Notes: a model not told the origin generated them from the sequence alone. A stretch of 64,000 nucleotides of DNA from Candidatus Bathyarchaeota archaeon (GCA_963775685.1 CAVZJV010000011.1:1-64000), one strand, 5' to 3'; numbered from the stretch's first letter, positions 47,479 through 59,300 are shown. A program made the numbers and translations.

Positions 47479-48174
47479 GTGTTGATTGAGAAGCAGGAGT
47501 GGCAGCACCTCTACATGCTCCTAAAAATCGCCGAGATGGGTGCATACAGGCGAGTTGCTAAAATTTCAACTGAATACCTAGCTAAGAAACTCGGCATTTC
47601 TCAACAGACCGCGTCCCGCTACCTAATCGAGCTTGAGCGCAAGGGTTGGATACAACGCAACATTACTCCAGATGGTAGCTTAATCAAAATCGAAGAACAA
47701 GGTACGAAAGAACTACAGAAATTATACTCGGAACTAAAGTTTTTGATGGAAAAATCTTATCCACCATCTGTGACTTTAGAAGGAATCGTCTTTACAGGCT
47801 TAGGCGAGGGAGCCTACTATGTTACAAAGGAGCATTATTGCCAGCAGATTGTTGAAAAGTTAGGTTTTGAACCCTTTCCAGGCACACTTAATCTGAAATT
47901 GTCCTCAGACTACGACATCAAAACCAGAATGGAACTGGACGCTTATCCCACAGTCGAAATTAAGGGATTTAAGAATGAGGACCGCACCTTTGGATTAGTG
48001 AAATGTTACCCTGCAATCATCGGCGGCACCGTTAAGGGCGCCTTGATAACAGCGTTGCGTAGTCACTACGATGCTTCGGTTCTGGAGATAATTGCGCCCA
48101 TCTGCCTTAGGCAAGCACTCTGTCTGAAAGACAGCAACAAAGTAAAAGTTGAAGTATATACGCTACCCAGCTAA
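47479..48174 (+). CDS. rbkR: CTP-dependent riboflavin kinase with N-terminal wHTH
   Basis: ISQQTASR HTH; GLGEGAYY, PFPGTLN, LEIIAP..LR. Confidence 0.9.
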   Translation: MLIEKQEWQHLYMLLKIAEMGAYRRVAKISTEYLAKKLGISQQTASRYLIELERKGWIQRNITPDGSLIKIEEQGTKELQKLYSELKFLMEKSYPPSVTLEGIVFTGLGEGAYYVTKEHYCQQIVEKLGFEPFPGTLNLKLSSDYDIKTRMELDAYPTVEIKGFKNEDRTFGLVKCYPAIIGGTVKGALITALRSHYDASVLEIIAPICLRQALCLKDSNKVKVEVYTLPS

Positions 48175-48785
48175 AACGGCAAATTCGAATTCCTATACTT
48201 AAATTCAGTTTTCTTATAGGTAGGCTTGCGTCTTGAAGCTATTAAGTAACCGGCGACTAAACCGAAGACCAGTCCGCCAAGGTGCGCTAGTATGTTTACC
48301 CCTGGCTCAACGTTAATAAAGAACAAGAAGAACGCGAAAACCAGTCCGCCCAGAATCGATTGTCTCACAGAACGTCGGTCGTATATCACGCATGCTCCAA
48401 AAAGTGCGAAGATTGCGCCTGAAGCTCCAATGCCAGCTACATTGAGTGGTCCAAACTCTAAGTAAAGGAGGTTGCCTGCTAAGCCTCCGCAAAGGTAGAT
48501 TCCGAGGAATTCTGGCAAGGAAAACATTTCTTCTCCCCTCAACCCAAAGATAAGCAAGAAGAGCATGTTGCCAACAAGATGGAATATTGAGGCATGGATG
48601 AACATGGATGTAATTAGTTGGTAATACGCTCCTACGTAAAGCACTAAACCATTAACTTGACCCCACACTCCATAGATGGCGGGGCTTGTTTGAATTGCAT
48701 CTCCTCCGACTATAGCCCCTGCAATGTAGATAGCTACGTTTAAGGCGATTAGAATATACGTTGGCTTGTATTTCTCGCAACTCAT
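48171..48785 (-). CDS. Rhomboid intramembrane serine protease
   Basis: FIH...HLVGNM, GASG, AHLGG. Confidence 0.92.
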   Translation of the reverse strand: MSCEKYKPTYILIALNVAIYIAGAIVGGDAIQTSPAIYGVWGQVNGLVLYVGAYYQLITSMFIHASIFHLVGNMLFLLIFGLRGEEMFSLPEFLGIYLCGGLAGNLLYLEFGPLNVAGIGASGAIFALFGACVIYDRRSVRQSILGGLVFAFFLFFINVEPGVNILAHLGGLVFGLVAGYLIASRRKPTYKKTEFKYRNSNLPF

Positions 48786-48798
48786 AAGTTTGCAACCG

Positions 48799-49260
48799 TT
48801 ATTCGCCGAGTTTGTCGACTATTTTTTGCTTAATCTTGGACGAGCTATCTAAAGCATTCTCCCCATACTTGCCAATTCGCACGACCATAATGGGCATTTT
48901 ATGGGTATCAATGTACTCTTTGACTTCATGCTCCATTTCCGTTTGGTCATAGCCCAATGCAATAACGTCTGGCTTGATTTTCTCTATAACTTCACCGATT
49001 TCAAGCCCTTCATAGCCAAGAACAGCTTCATCAACCACCCTTAGAGTTTCCACCAATGCGCAACGCTGTTCCTCACTCATAATCGGCTTTCTATCCTTGA
49101 TCTTCTCTACCGTACTGTCCCTTGCGACAATGACTATGAGTTTTGCGTTTTTTCCACCTGCCATCTTGGCATCTTCCAAAAACCTCACGTGACCAAGATG
49201 AAGCAGGTCAAATACGCCTGAAGCTAAGACTACTCTTCGTTTTCTGGTTTTGTTGGCCAT
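48799..49260 (-). CDS. ribL: FAD synthase
   Basis: GVFDLLHLGH, VARD, ALGYDQ, SSSKI. Confidence 0.85.
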   Translation of the reverse strand: MANKTRKRRVVLASGVFDLLHLGHVRFLEDAKMAGGKNAKLIVIVARDSTVEKIKDRKPIMSEEQRCALVETLRVVDEAVLGYEGLEIGEVIEKIKPDVIALGYDQTEMEHEVKEYIDTHKMPIMVVRIGKYGENALDSSSKIKQKIVDKLGE

Positions 49261-49511
49261 TCAAATTTCACTGCGCCGATTAATCTTAGTGTGTCCAGTA
49301 TGCCTTCACAGTAGGCAACGCTGGTTAAGCTGGTTTCAAGCTTGCCCTGCGCTTTATAATACTTTGCGTCCTCAAAATAATCCGTTGCCCAACGAAGAAC
49401 GGTCGCCACCGACGCCTCATTTAAGCTGATAGGGGTTTTGTTTCGTTGGAGTTCGCTAAAGACTTTTTTAGCCATTGAAATGTACTTGGACGTAAGCTCT
49501 TCTAAATTCAT
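49230..49511 (-). CDS. DUF357 protein
   Basis: DYFEDAKYY...SVAYCEGILD..R.IG; follows dph5. Confidence 0.85.
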   Translation of the reverse strand: MNLEELTSKYISMAKKVFSELQRNKTPISLNEASVATVLRWATDYFEDAKYYKAQGKLETSLTSVAYCEGILDTLRLIGAVKFEWPTKPENEE

Positions 49512-50305
49512 TTGGCAAGCCTCCTAAATGCAATTGGTGCACCCCCAAAAGTCATCAGAGCTTCGACTTCCATAAAATGCAGCACACTAGGAATTATTAG
49601 GCTGTAAGGTGGTTCACCGAAATCAAAGTTTGCCAAAGCTCTAATAAAATCCGCTTTTAGCATTGGGTTGGTGTTCCCTGCCCTTGCAATTCCAACCGCA
49701 ACAGTATCAGGGGTGACCACATTTAGCTTCTTTTTTTGTTCAATCTCAAGAAGCATGTTGAGGGCTTGATTGATTGACAAGTACTGGTTCTCGCTCGCTT
49801 TCAAATCCAGCAGGCAGAGGGTATGCAAGCCAATCTGTTTGTTCTGGGCAATCACGTTGTAAGGAGTTTCAGAAAAATTTTCTGGGAAAGGTATAGTGAC
49901 GGTTTTTCCGAACTTATAGTTGTGCAAACCTGAAAGGCTAACAATTGCAGAGATGATTGATGTGCCGTGAACTATGCGGGTTTTTATTCCCGACTTTTCC
50001 GCGTCGATTCGCAAAGTGACATGGGTAGTTGCGATAAATGGTTCGCCGGGGACCAGGAATACGGTTTTGCCCGTTTTGGCGGCTTCAAGGATGATTTTGC
50101 CGTTTTCTTCCTCAAGCGTCTGCCGCTTGACTAAGTGTACCTTTTTGCCACACAGCGCCTCGAAGCGTTCCAGATTGAAATCAGGCATGTGACTGGTATA
50201 AGTTTCTATGAAAACGGTGTTGGCGCTTTTGGTTTCTGCTAAGCCTTTGAGGGTTATGCCTTGTTCATCGTTTAATCCTAAGCCTACAAAGACAAGTTCA
50301 TTCAA
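49508..50305 (-). CDS. dph5: Diphthine synthase
   Basis: FVGLGL, ETYTS, ATTH, YKFGKTVT, GLHTLCLLD, LHFME. Confidence 0.93.
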   Translation of the reverse strand: MNELVFVGLGLNDEQGITLKGLAETKSANTVFIETYTSHMPDFNLERFEALCGKKVHLVKRQTLEEENGKIILEAAKTGKTVFLVPGEPFIATTHVTLRIDAEKSGIKTRIVHGTSIISAIVSLSGLHNYKFGKTVTIPFPENFSETPYNVIAQNKQIGLHTLCLLDLKASENQYLSINQALNMLLEIEQKKKLNVVTPDTVAVGIARAGNTNPMLKADFIRALANFDFGEPPYSLIIPSVLHFMEVEALMTFGGAPIAFRRLAK

Positions 50306-50345
50306 CGCTAAAACCTTTCAAAATAATTGAGGGTTAAACCTAAAA

Positions 50346-50528
50346 TCATTTTTCTTTAATATCGCCGTTTTCAACCAAAATGTTGTAGTAGTACCTGCAT
50401 GTACCCGAGGAAAGTCCATGTCGCGAGCAAAATATTGCGAGAAGTTCCTCCATTGGTTGGTTGGGGTCTTTCTCTTTAACCATTTCTCTTAGTTCTTGGA
50501 TTTTGTGCTTGTCTAATTTGTCGGTCAT
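50346..50528 (-). CDS. Small hypothetical helical protein
   Basis: GGAGG upstream; LAIFCSRHGLSSGTCRYYY. Confidence 0.6.
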   Translation of the reverse strand: MTDKLDKHKIQELREMVKEKDPNQPMEELLAIFCSRHGLSSGTCRYYYNILVENGDIKEK

Positions 50529-50687
50529 TTTTATCCTCCGTGCGTTAACTTCATATTACCATTGTTTTACCCTCTCAAAAACCCTTTTATTGAAATGCAT
50601 ATTTGGATGGAACATCCAACCAAACCTTTATATGATTACATTAAAAAGAAAACCATACATTTAGCGGCTTACTGAAGGAACAAAATA

Positions 50688-51824
50688 ATGAAGCCTATAG
50701 AGAGCCTAGTTCGCGACAACGTAAAAAATCTTAAGCCCTGCGTGCATGGCGCGGAGGTTTTGGGTGCCGCAGAGGAAAGTGGGCTTTTGCCGCAAGATAT
50801 TTTAGATTTTAGCTCCAGCGTGAATCCGCTGGGTCCATCAAAGCAGGCACTTGACGCCGCAAAAGCTGCGTTCAGCCAAATCGCAGCTTACCCGGACTCT
50901 AACTCAAACGAGCTACGGCAAGTAATTGCCAGCCACTTTGGCATAGCTAAACAAAACATCGTGGTGGGCAATGGCTCCACCGAACTCATGTACTTGTTTG
51001 CGGAAGTTTTCCTAAAAAAAGGCGACACAACCGTTATGCCAGCGCCGACCTTTGGTGAATACGAAAGTGCCGTTTGCAAATCTGGTGAAACACCAAAATT
51101 CGTCAAGCTGAGCAAAACCTTTGCGATTGAGCCAGAAGCGTTCAAACGTGAGATGGCTGGAGCAAAACTTGTTTTCCTATGCAACCCCAACAACCCAACC
51201 AGCATGCTTATTCCCCAAGAAACCCTGACAGAAATTATTGAAAGTGCTCTAAAACATGACACTTTTATTTTCCTCGATGAGGACTTCTTGGAGTTTGTGC
51301 AAGACGAAAAAGAGCTGTCGATGATTGGGAAAATAAACAAGTACCCAAATTTGTTCATTTTGCGGTCTTTCACAAAGATTTTTGGGTTAACTGGTTTGCG
51401 TGTTGGCTACGGAATCGCCAACCAAGACATAATCAACATGCTGTCATGTGCCAAGATTCCATGGAACGTAAACTGTTTAGCGCAGGCTGCTGCCGTGGCG
51501 GCGCTGAAGGATGAGGCGCACTTGCGGTTAACGCGTGACCTTATTAAGAAAGAGAGGGCATGGCTGCGGGATGCACTCGCAAAATTTCGCACATTCGAGT
51601 TCTCGGAGCCCGATGCAAATTTCTTCTTCATAGATATCCGCAAATCTGGCTCAAATGCCGCTGAAATCAAAAGCAAAATGCTTTCAGAGGGCATCCTGAT
51701 CCGCGACTGTACTTCCTTCAAAGGCCTTGATGGATACCACATTCGCGTTGCCATCAAAACCCATGAAGAAAATGTACGGATGATTGATGCTTTCAGCCGG
51801 ATAGTACAGCGGTTTGAGTCGTGA
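50688..51824 (+). CDS. cobD: L-threonine-O-3-phosphate decarboxylase (HisC-like PLP enzyme)
   Basis: DFSSSVNPLG, GNGSTE, CNPNNPT, SFTKIFGLTGLRVG; immediately upstream of cbiB. Confidence 0.8.
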   Translation: MKPIESLVRDNVKNLKPCVHGAEVLGAAEESGLLPQDILDFSSSVNPLGPSKQALDAAKAAFSQIAAYPDSNSNELRQVIASHFGIAKQNIVVGNGSTELMYLFAEVFLKKGDTTVMPAPTFGEYESAVCKSGETPKFVKLSKTFAIEPEAFKREMAGAKLVFLCNPNNPTSMLIPQETLTEIIESALKHDTFIFLDEDFLEFVQDEKELSMIGKINKYPNLFILRSFTKIFGLTGLRVGYGIANQDIINMLSCAKIPWNVNCLAQAAAVAALKDEAHLRLTRDLIKKERAWLRDALAKFRTFEFSEPDANFFFIDIRKSGSNAAEIKSKMLSEGILIRDCTSFKGLDGYHIRVAIKTHEENVRMIDAFSRIVQRFES

Positions 51825-51827
51825 CCT

Positions 51828-52799
51828 ATGTTTTGGTTTGACTTTTCATGGTTTATCGATTCCGGTCTAATCTTCACAATAGCCTTCCTGATTGACTTGG
51901 TTTTAGGCGAGTTTCCAGACAGAATTCACCCAACCATTGGCATTGGCAAAATGATTTCCTACTTTAAACGGAAATCGAAAAACGTAAATCCGCAGGTTGA
52001 GAAAGCAAACGGCGTATTAATGGCGCTGGTCATCATAATGGTCATTGCGATTCCGGTGTTTCTGTTTCTTTTTTGGCTTAGAACTCTTCTATACGGCGAA
52101 ATCCTCTACATCGCAGCAGGCGCCATACTATTCAAAGCAACCTTCGCTATCCGAGGAATGGGGCAATACACCAAACCTATCGCGAAGGCATTGAAAAACA
52201 ACGATTTGTCTGAAGCACGAAAGTGGCTGCCCTACATTGTCAGACGTGACCCATACGCACTCAATGAACACCAAATCATATCTGCAGCCGTCGAGTCAAT
52301 TGCCGAAAGCACAACTGATGGGATTACTGCTCCATTTTTCTTTTTTGCCCTCTTTGGGGTTCCAGGAGCCTTTGCATATAGAGTGGTTAATACTTTGGAT
52401 TCGATGGTTGGCTACAAGAATGCAGAATACAAAAACATCGGTTGGTTCTCGGCGAAACTGGACACTATTGCCAACTACGTTCCTGCACGTTTGACTGCTT
52501 ATTTGATGGTTGGGGCAGCTTTACTTTCGGGCGAAGACTGGCGTGAATCTTACCGAATCCTTCAACGAGACAAACATAAAACTGCAAGCCCAAACGCTGG
52601 ATACACTATCTCAGCCATGGCAGGGGCCCTAAACATCCAGCTTGAAAAACAAGGCTACTACAAACTGGGCGACAGCCACGGAATCTCGGCGGAACATATT
52701 CCTAAGGCTTTGCGAGTGATGACGGTTACGGCGGTGCTGTTTGGGTTGGTCGTGGTTGTGCCTATTTTGGCTTTAAGAGTTTATGTTGCTGGGCTATAG
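51828..52799 (+). CDS. cbiB: Adenosylcobinamide-phosphate synthase
   Basis: AAVESIAE..TDG, YRVVNTLDSMVGY, PARL, SPNAG. Confidence 0.93.
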   Translation: MFWFDFSWFIDSGLIFTIAFLIDLVLGEFPDRIHPTIGIGKMISYFKRKSKNVNPQVEKANGVLMALVIIMVIAIPVFLFLFWLRTLLYGEILYIAAGAILFKATFAIRGMGQYTKPIAKALKNNDLSEARKWLPYIVRRDPYALNEHQIISAAVESIAESTTDGITAPFFFFALFGVPGAFAYRVVNTLDSMVGYKNAEYKNIGWFSAKLDTIANYVPARLTAYLMVGAALLSGEDWRESYRILQRDKHKTASPNAGYTISAMAGALNIQLEKQGYYKLGDSHGISAEHIPKALRVMTVTAVLFGLVVVVPILALRVYVAGL

Positions 52800-53027
52800 T
52801 TCTTTTTTTCCTATAGCCCCGTATAAAACGGCGAAGATCTCCTTCTTGAAAATGATTAATCTTTTAATGGTGACTGGGCCGTCTTAGGGTTCACCTAAAC
52901 ATAATTTGTTTAAAATCAGTGTTTAAAAGAGGCTACTTGGATGCAGGGCATTTAAAATTACTTGGTGATGGCTGTTTTCTCGCTAGACTTGATAATGTTT
53001 AAATTTCTGCCACAGATTAACGAAATT

Positions 53028-53672
53028 ATGAGTAAACCAAACCTTAGCATAACTAAACAAGCCTTTATCGGATTATCGGCGCTTGCAATCGTCATGTGGC
53101 TTGCGCTGTTTTTGCCTGCATGGTACTTAGTTATTGGCAAGGAAGGATCTATTGGCTTACATTTGTAAAAAAGATCGTACCCTTACTGCGAACAGATTAA
53201 AAACTGGTCCCATGGCGGAAAAAGAAAAGAGCCAAAAGGTAACTCAAGCGTTTGCAGCAGTTTTCTTCATCTTGTCGCTTCTGGTTCCACCCCTTGATTT
53301 TCATTCCATTGGTCAAACGTTTCCCTTTATTGGTTGTTGTCTCAGATGTTTTGTTGTTCTTGGGCTTGCTTTGGTTTTTCTTGTTTTTAGAGAAAACAGC
53401 TTCACCTCAGACGTTATCGAAGTCTCCGCTGGACAAAGTGTAATTTCAACAGGTCCTTACTGTGTTGTTCGCTACCCCCTGTACACAAGCGCTCTTCTTA
53501 TGCTGTTCTTCTCTCCTTTAGCGTTAGGCTCTTTTTGGGGGCTGCTCTTCTTCCCAAGGCTCATAGTAATTGGTTTTAGGCTTGTTAAAAGAAAAATTTC
53601 TGGAAAAAAAGCTGCCAGGCTACGCAGAATATACTAAAAAACCGTTACCGCCTGGTTCCCTTTATCTGGTAA
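53028..53672 (+). pseudogene. Degraded Ste14/ICMT-family membrane methyltransferase
   Basis: Split over several frames: LFLPAW, RLKTGPMAEKEKSQK, ENSFTS, VISTGPY..VRYP, LPGYAEY, RYRLVPFIW*. Confidence 0.75.
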
Positions 53673-53828
53673 ATAACAGGGAAATTGCTCGTACAATTAG
53701 TAGGTTTCTTTCCTAAAAATGCTCGACAGATTCGGTGAATTATAAGATTGAATTCAAAGTAATATTTATGATGTGGTTTTTATTCTGGCTCGGCATAAAT
53801 GTATAACTATTAAAGAGGTACATGGGGT

Positions 53829-55007
53829 TTGAATAGGAAACCACTTGTCAGCATAATCAGCGCGGGCATGTCAAAATTCGGTAGGCGTGACGGTTTACTT
53901 GCAAGAGAACTTTTCAGTGAGGCAATAAGTGAAGCATTCAGTCGTTGTCCTAAACTGGAGCCCAAATGCGACATTAAAGCCCTCTTCATAGGGCACATGG
54001 GTGAAGCATACGAGCATCAAGGGCACACTGGCAGCGCTATTGCAGATTGGGCTGGTCTTGTAGGAATACCTGCAACTCGTACGGAGGCGGCGTGTGGTTC
54101 TTCAGGTGTTGCGTTAAGGTCGGGCATTTACGCGGTCATGTCTGGCCTTGCCGATGTAGTTGTTGTGGGCGGTGTGGAGAAAATGACGCATCGAACTACC
54201 TCTGAGGTTACTGAGTACTTAGCTATGGCTTCAGATTACCCATTTGAGCAGTTTCACGGAATCACTTTTCCAGGGTTATTCGCATTGATGGCGACTGCAC
54301 ATATGCACACTTACGGCACCACTGAGCAGCAGATTGCATTGGCCGCCGTCAAAAACCATTATCACGGTAGCCTCAACCCAAAAGCGCACATGCAAAAAGA
54401 AATCACTCTTGAAACTGTAATGAATTCCCGCTATGTGGCATGGCCCCTTAAACTCTATGATTGCTCCCTTATTACTGACGGCGCAAGTTGCATAATCTTA
54501 ACCAAACCTGAACTCGCAGGCAAATACACAGACCAACCTGTCCAAATCGTTGGCAGTGGACAAGCCAGTGACACAATTGGATTGTACGAACGCAAAAGCT
54601 TCACCTCGCTTAATGCCACGAAGTTGGCAGCGAAGACAGCCTATGAAATGGCACAAATCACTCCACATCAAGTAAACTTGGCTGAAGTTCATGACTGCTT
54701 CACATTTGCTGAACTTATGGCATACGAAGACCTCGGTTTTTGCAGCATAGGCAAGGGAGGCAAATTAATCGAAAGCGGCGAAACCCATCTTGGCGGCAGA
54801 ATCCCCGTTAACACCAGCGGCGGCTTAAAAGCAAAAGGGCACCCAGTCGGCGCTACAGGAACCGCTCAAGCTTACGAAATTTACCTGCAGCTTACTGGGC
54901 AAGCGGGAAAACGTCAAGTAAAAGACGCCAAAGTCGGCTTAACTCATAACGTTGGCGGCTCAGGTGCTACCGCAGTGGTTCACATTTACAGGAGCGCACA
55001 ACAATGA
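53829..55007 (+). CDS. Thiolase (acetyl-CoA acetyltransferase, archaeal/SCP-x type)
   Basis: EAACGSS, KNH, ITDGA, EVHDCF, SGGLKAKGHPVGATG, HNVGG. Confidence 0.92.
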   Translation: MNRKPLVSIISAGMSKFGRRDGLLARELFSEAISEAFSRCPKLEPKCDIKALFIGHMGEAYEHQGHTGSAIADWAGLVGIPATRTEAACGSSGVALRSGIYAVMSGLADVVVVGGVEKMTHRTTSEVTEYLAMASDYPFEQFHGITFPGLFALMATAHMHTYGTTEQQIALAAVKNHYHGSLNPKAHMQKEITLETVMNSRYVAWPLKLYDCSLITDGASCIILTKPELAGKYTDQPVQIVGSGQASDTIGLYERKSFTSLNATKLAAKTAYEMAQITPHQVNLAEVHDCFTFAELMAYEDLGFCSIGKGGKLIESGETHLGGRIPVNTSGGLKAKGHPVGATGTAQAYEIYLQLTGQAGKRQVKDAKVGLTHNVGGSGATAVVHIYRSAQQ

Positions 55008-55402
55008 GCATGCAAGAGCCCTTCACGGTCGAGCAGTTCTACAAGTTCTTGCAACGGGGCAAGTTGATGGCTGGGAAATGCCTAAAATGCGGAAAAATCC
55101 ATTTGCCTCCACGACCCTTATGTGATAATTGTTTCTCGCAAGAATTTGAATGGGTCCCTGTTTCTGGAAAAGGCAAACTGCTCACTTACACGGTTATCAG
55201 CATTGCGTCTCAGCAGTTCCAAGCTTTGACACCATATGCAGTTGGAATTGTCCAGCTGGAAAATGCCTTAAAAATCCCTGGCATGATACAGGGCATAACT
55301 CGGGAGCAATTAAAAATTGGGATGGAGTTGACGTTGGATTTCGGTACATGCAACACAACGCAGCAATGGCCTCAGTGGCAAAGATACTGCTTCAAACTCT
55401 AA
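55004..55402 (+). CDS. DUF35 zinc-ribbon OB-fold thiolase partner
   Basis: CLKCG..PPR.LCDNC, GKLLTYTV, PYAVGIV; ATGA overlap with thiolase. Confidence 0.9.
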   Translation: MSMQEPFTVEQFYKFLQRGKLMAGKCLKCGKIHLPPRPLCDNCFSQEFEWVPVSGKGKLLTYTVISIASQQFQALTPYAVGIVQLENALKIPGMIQGITREQLKIGMELTLDFGTCNTTQQWPQWQRYCFKL

Positions 55403-55643
55403 ACAACTAATAACCAAAGTAGGTGAGTTTTCCTGCCCCGCGATCGGAAAATAAACCTCGTTTTTTAGGAAGAGAGGGAAACATGCCCCAACCGCTTGGC
55501 AGGTAGTTCTCACCTAACAACTTAGCTATTGTATGCTTAATATAAATTTTGTATATTTGAGATATACAAAATTTTTTAGCATTTTGCCGCAAAGTTTTAT
55601 TTACAATTGAAAATATTAATTTTCTCTCAGAAGTTGAATTTGT

Positions 55644-56264
55644 GTGAAAGAAAAATCGAAGGGTTGTCTGGTTTCCTGCAGTGTTCTTAGGGAGGAACTT
55701 GAACAATTAGTCAAGCAGGGCGACCTTGAAGCTGAGCTGGTTTTTGTAGGCAAATTTTTCCACATTGATTATACAGCTCTAGAGACTAATTTACGCAAAG
55801 TTATAGAGCAAACACTTAAAAGATTTAAGGGCAGGGTGGTCTTAGTTTACGGCGACCTGTGCCTTGGCCAAGACAACGAGATGAAAAAATTATCTCTAGA
55901 ATACGGCTTAGCAAAGGTTGACGCTGTAAATTGCATCGACTGCCAACTAGGAGGAAAAGGAAAATTCTTCGAAGCAGACCCTGATCACAACTTGATGTTT
56001 ATGGGTCCCGGCATGATAGGTTTCTTTAAGCATGCTAAAGAACAAATGCTAAAAGAAGGTATTGATGAGGCAGCGTTTGCAGGTATGTTCGGAGGCATCA
56101 AAGGCGCCGTAATTTTGGATACATGTGGTGATGCAGAAAAATGCCGAGAAGACATAGAGGCATCTGGGATGGGCCTTGAGATTCTTGAAATAAGAAAGAT
56201 AGGCACCGCGAATATTAAGCAGGTAGTTTTGGATGCAATAGACCAAGCATGCAGAATCAACTGA
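55644..56264 (+). CDS. DUF1638-family protein
   Basis: SCSVLREE, YGDLC, NCIDCQLGG, ILDT. Confidence 0.7.
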   Translation: MKEKSKGCLVSCSVLREELEQLVKQGDLEAELVFVGKFFHIDYTALETNLRKVIEQTLKRFKGRVVLVYGDLCLGQDNEMKKLSLEYGLAKVDAVNCIDCQLGGKGKFFEADPDHNLMFMGPGMIGFFKHAKEQMLKEGIDEAAFAGMFGGIKGAVILDTCGDAEKCREDIEASGMGLEILEIRKIGTANIKQVVLDAIDQACRIN

Positions 56265-56351
56265 CTGACTCTTTTTGCCCCAAAAATGGGTCTATCTGAT
56301 TGTTTGAGCTATCTAAACTACCGTAAGTATTAAAGAGCCTTCCATACAATA

Positions 56352-59300
56352 ATGCTACCTGTACTCTTGAGGAGTCATCCTTACATGACTGAAATTACTC
56401 CCTCCCTGCCAATGAAACGTATTGAAGATTGGAAAGCACGGTTAATTGATCTCTCAAGAAAAAATAACCTTCTCTACTTCTATAGGGGTAAACGTGGAAA
56501 CCTGCCTATTACTCAACCTGATATGCAAAGAGTTTTTGACGGATTGGTTTTAAAGAAGCATCGCTTGGAGTTTTGGCAGCCTCCCGAAGAAACTAAAAAA
56601 GTTGAGCATCTTGAGAAGACAAAGGGCAGAGGCGAAGGTAAAGCGGTCAAGGCACGTGCAAAAACGGTTCAACCTGAAGTTAAAGCCGCCCAAACTGAAG
56701 AACCAAAACGCCCCACGGCAAATCAACTATTGAGCGGCAGTTTGTCCCGCATTGATCTTGAGAGGGATCTCAAAAATTTGGAAAGACGCTCGTTGCTATA
56801 TTACATGGAGCGTGGCGTACGCATCTTACATGTAGCTTTTGGAACATTAAACTGGATTGATGCTGAAACAAAAGAAAATGTCCAGTCACCGCTCATTCTT
56901 GTGCCTATAGAATTATCCAAGGTGACTATAATGCAGCCTTACAGCATCGTAGTGCCGCCGGTTGAAGATGAAGTTGTCCTAAATCCCGCGTTGCTAGCTA
57001 AGCTGAAAAATGACTATAAAATCGAGTTGCCGCCCCTACCTGAGGAGTGGGAAGAAAAAAAGTTAGCTGACTACTTCAAACTGTTGGATGAAGCTGTGGC
57101 GGAGATGGGTTGGAAGACTGCGCCGTCAGTTGATTTGGGGTTGTTTTCGTTCCAAAAACTGGTTATTTACAAGGATTTGGAATCCAATGCATTACTGGCG
57201 ACCCAGCATCCCATCATTAAAGCAATTGCAGGAGTAAAAGAAGACAGCCTAATTTTGAATGGGCTGCCCGACGAGAAAGACGTGGACAAGATTGAAACAC
57301 CAGCCAAAACCTACCAGGTTCTAGACGCAGACAGTAGCCAACGCGTCTCCATCGAATATGCCCTGCGCGGCCAAAGTTTCGTGATGGAGGGTCCTCCAGG
57401 CACCGGTAAGAGTCAGACAATTGCCAACATCATCGCAGAGTGCATTGCAAATGGCAAAAGCGTACTCTTTGTAAGCGACAAAATGGCTGCTCTGGAAGTT
57501 GTTTATAAGCGGCTTAGCGAGGTTGGTTTGGCGCATTTTTGTCTTGAACTTCACAGCAGCAAAGCAAACAAGCAACAAGTTGTTGCAGAACTCAAACGAA
57601 GCCTAGACGAAAACTTGGTCCCTCGCAAGTTGCCTTCGGCGCATGAGTTTGAGCGAATGATAGAGTACCGTGAAGCACTAAATGGCTACGTCACCGCGCT
57701 ACATGAGAAGCGTCAATACCTACAGAGAAGCGTATACGATGTCCTGGGTATTCTCTCGAGCCTTGAGCGGGTTCCTTTTGTGGCTGTTGGCTTAACCGAG
57801 TTGGGAACGTTGACTCCGCAGAAGATGCATGAACTCGAAGAGCTGGTTTCGCAGCTAAGTAAGGTTTGGCAGGTTATCGAGGAACCAGATTTTCCGTGGC
57901 TTGGTTACCGCGCAGACACATATAATCTTGAAATTCGAAGTGAACTCCTCACCACACTTGTGGGCATAAACCAAACTTTTCGCGGGCTACAATTTGAAGT
58001 CGAGGGGTTCTCAGCGAGTTTAGGCGTTTCTCCTCCTGAAACTTTTACACGTATCAAGTGGCTCCTCGATGTCAGCAAACTCCTTTCTGAGAGTCCAAAA
58101 CCTGAAGCGTGCTGGCTTACAAACTTGGATGTTGGAAACCTCTTAGACGAGGCTAAAAATTATCTTGAAACTAGTATCTGGATAAAGTTCACCCGCGTCA
58201 GCCTCATGGAACGCTATAACCTCTCCCTTTTCATTCTGGCACTAAACAGATCAGCGGAGATTCAGCAAGCAGTTAACAATTTAGGCAAAATGTTGCCTTC
58301 AGTCAATGTAGAAACAGGTGTATTACTAGCAAAACGAGAAAAACTCTTATCCTACCTCAGAAGCACCCAGTTAGCCACCCATAAGTGGTGCGAAACTTCT
58401 CAAGCCCTCGCCCAACTTCTCGGACTAGACGGCGCCGACTTGACGGTTACACAGCTAAAGCAACTTTCTCGAATGGCTATCCTGTGCTTTGCCAATGATA
58501 AGCCTGAGCCGCAGTGGTTTGACGCAAAGTACTTTGAGCAGGTCCAAGCAACTGTCTCAAAAGCAAAGTTACTCTATCAAGAATACAACCTGATAAAGAG
58601 TCGGCTAGACCAGATTTACTCTGATGCGCTTTTTGATATGGACCTTGATGGTCTCATTGAACGTTATAGTGGAGAATATCAAAGTGGTCTAAAAATCTTC
58701 AACTCAACCTATCGAAAAGACCAAAAACAAATTGCCCAGATAGCCAATGAAGGAAAAGTTCCAAAAGAAATCCTAAATGACCTTGTCGATGCAGGAAAAG
58801 TCAAAAAACTCCGGGAAAAAATTGAAAAAGAAGCCGAAACCGTCCGGACCTTGCTGGGGCACTTCTACCGCAAAACCGGGACCGACTTCCAAGGCGCAGA
58901 AAAAGCCATAGCTCTAACCGACGAAATCAAAAAGCTGTCATGGGCAACCCAAATTCCCGAGAAGCTCTTGGCGATAATCACTAATTCTTCGAGCCCTTCG
59001 CCAATGATTAAGAATTTGGGTTTGGAACTCCAGGAGTCAGTTGACAAATGGGAACTACAGGGCAAAGATCTTGAATCTCTTTTTCCAGTGGGCTTGCCAA
59101 GATCAGATGCATCTATCACTTGGACGCCGCTATCCCTGCTTGAAGAATGGACAAACGAAACAGAAAAACTACTATCTGCTCTGTGTACACTCACGAAAGA
59201 TACCTTGGTGACCAGCAAGCAGGAACCCAAAACCTTCAAGCAACTCATCGGAGACCTCAAAAGCTCTGAAGAAATACGAAAAAAAGAAGCCCAAATTGTT

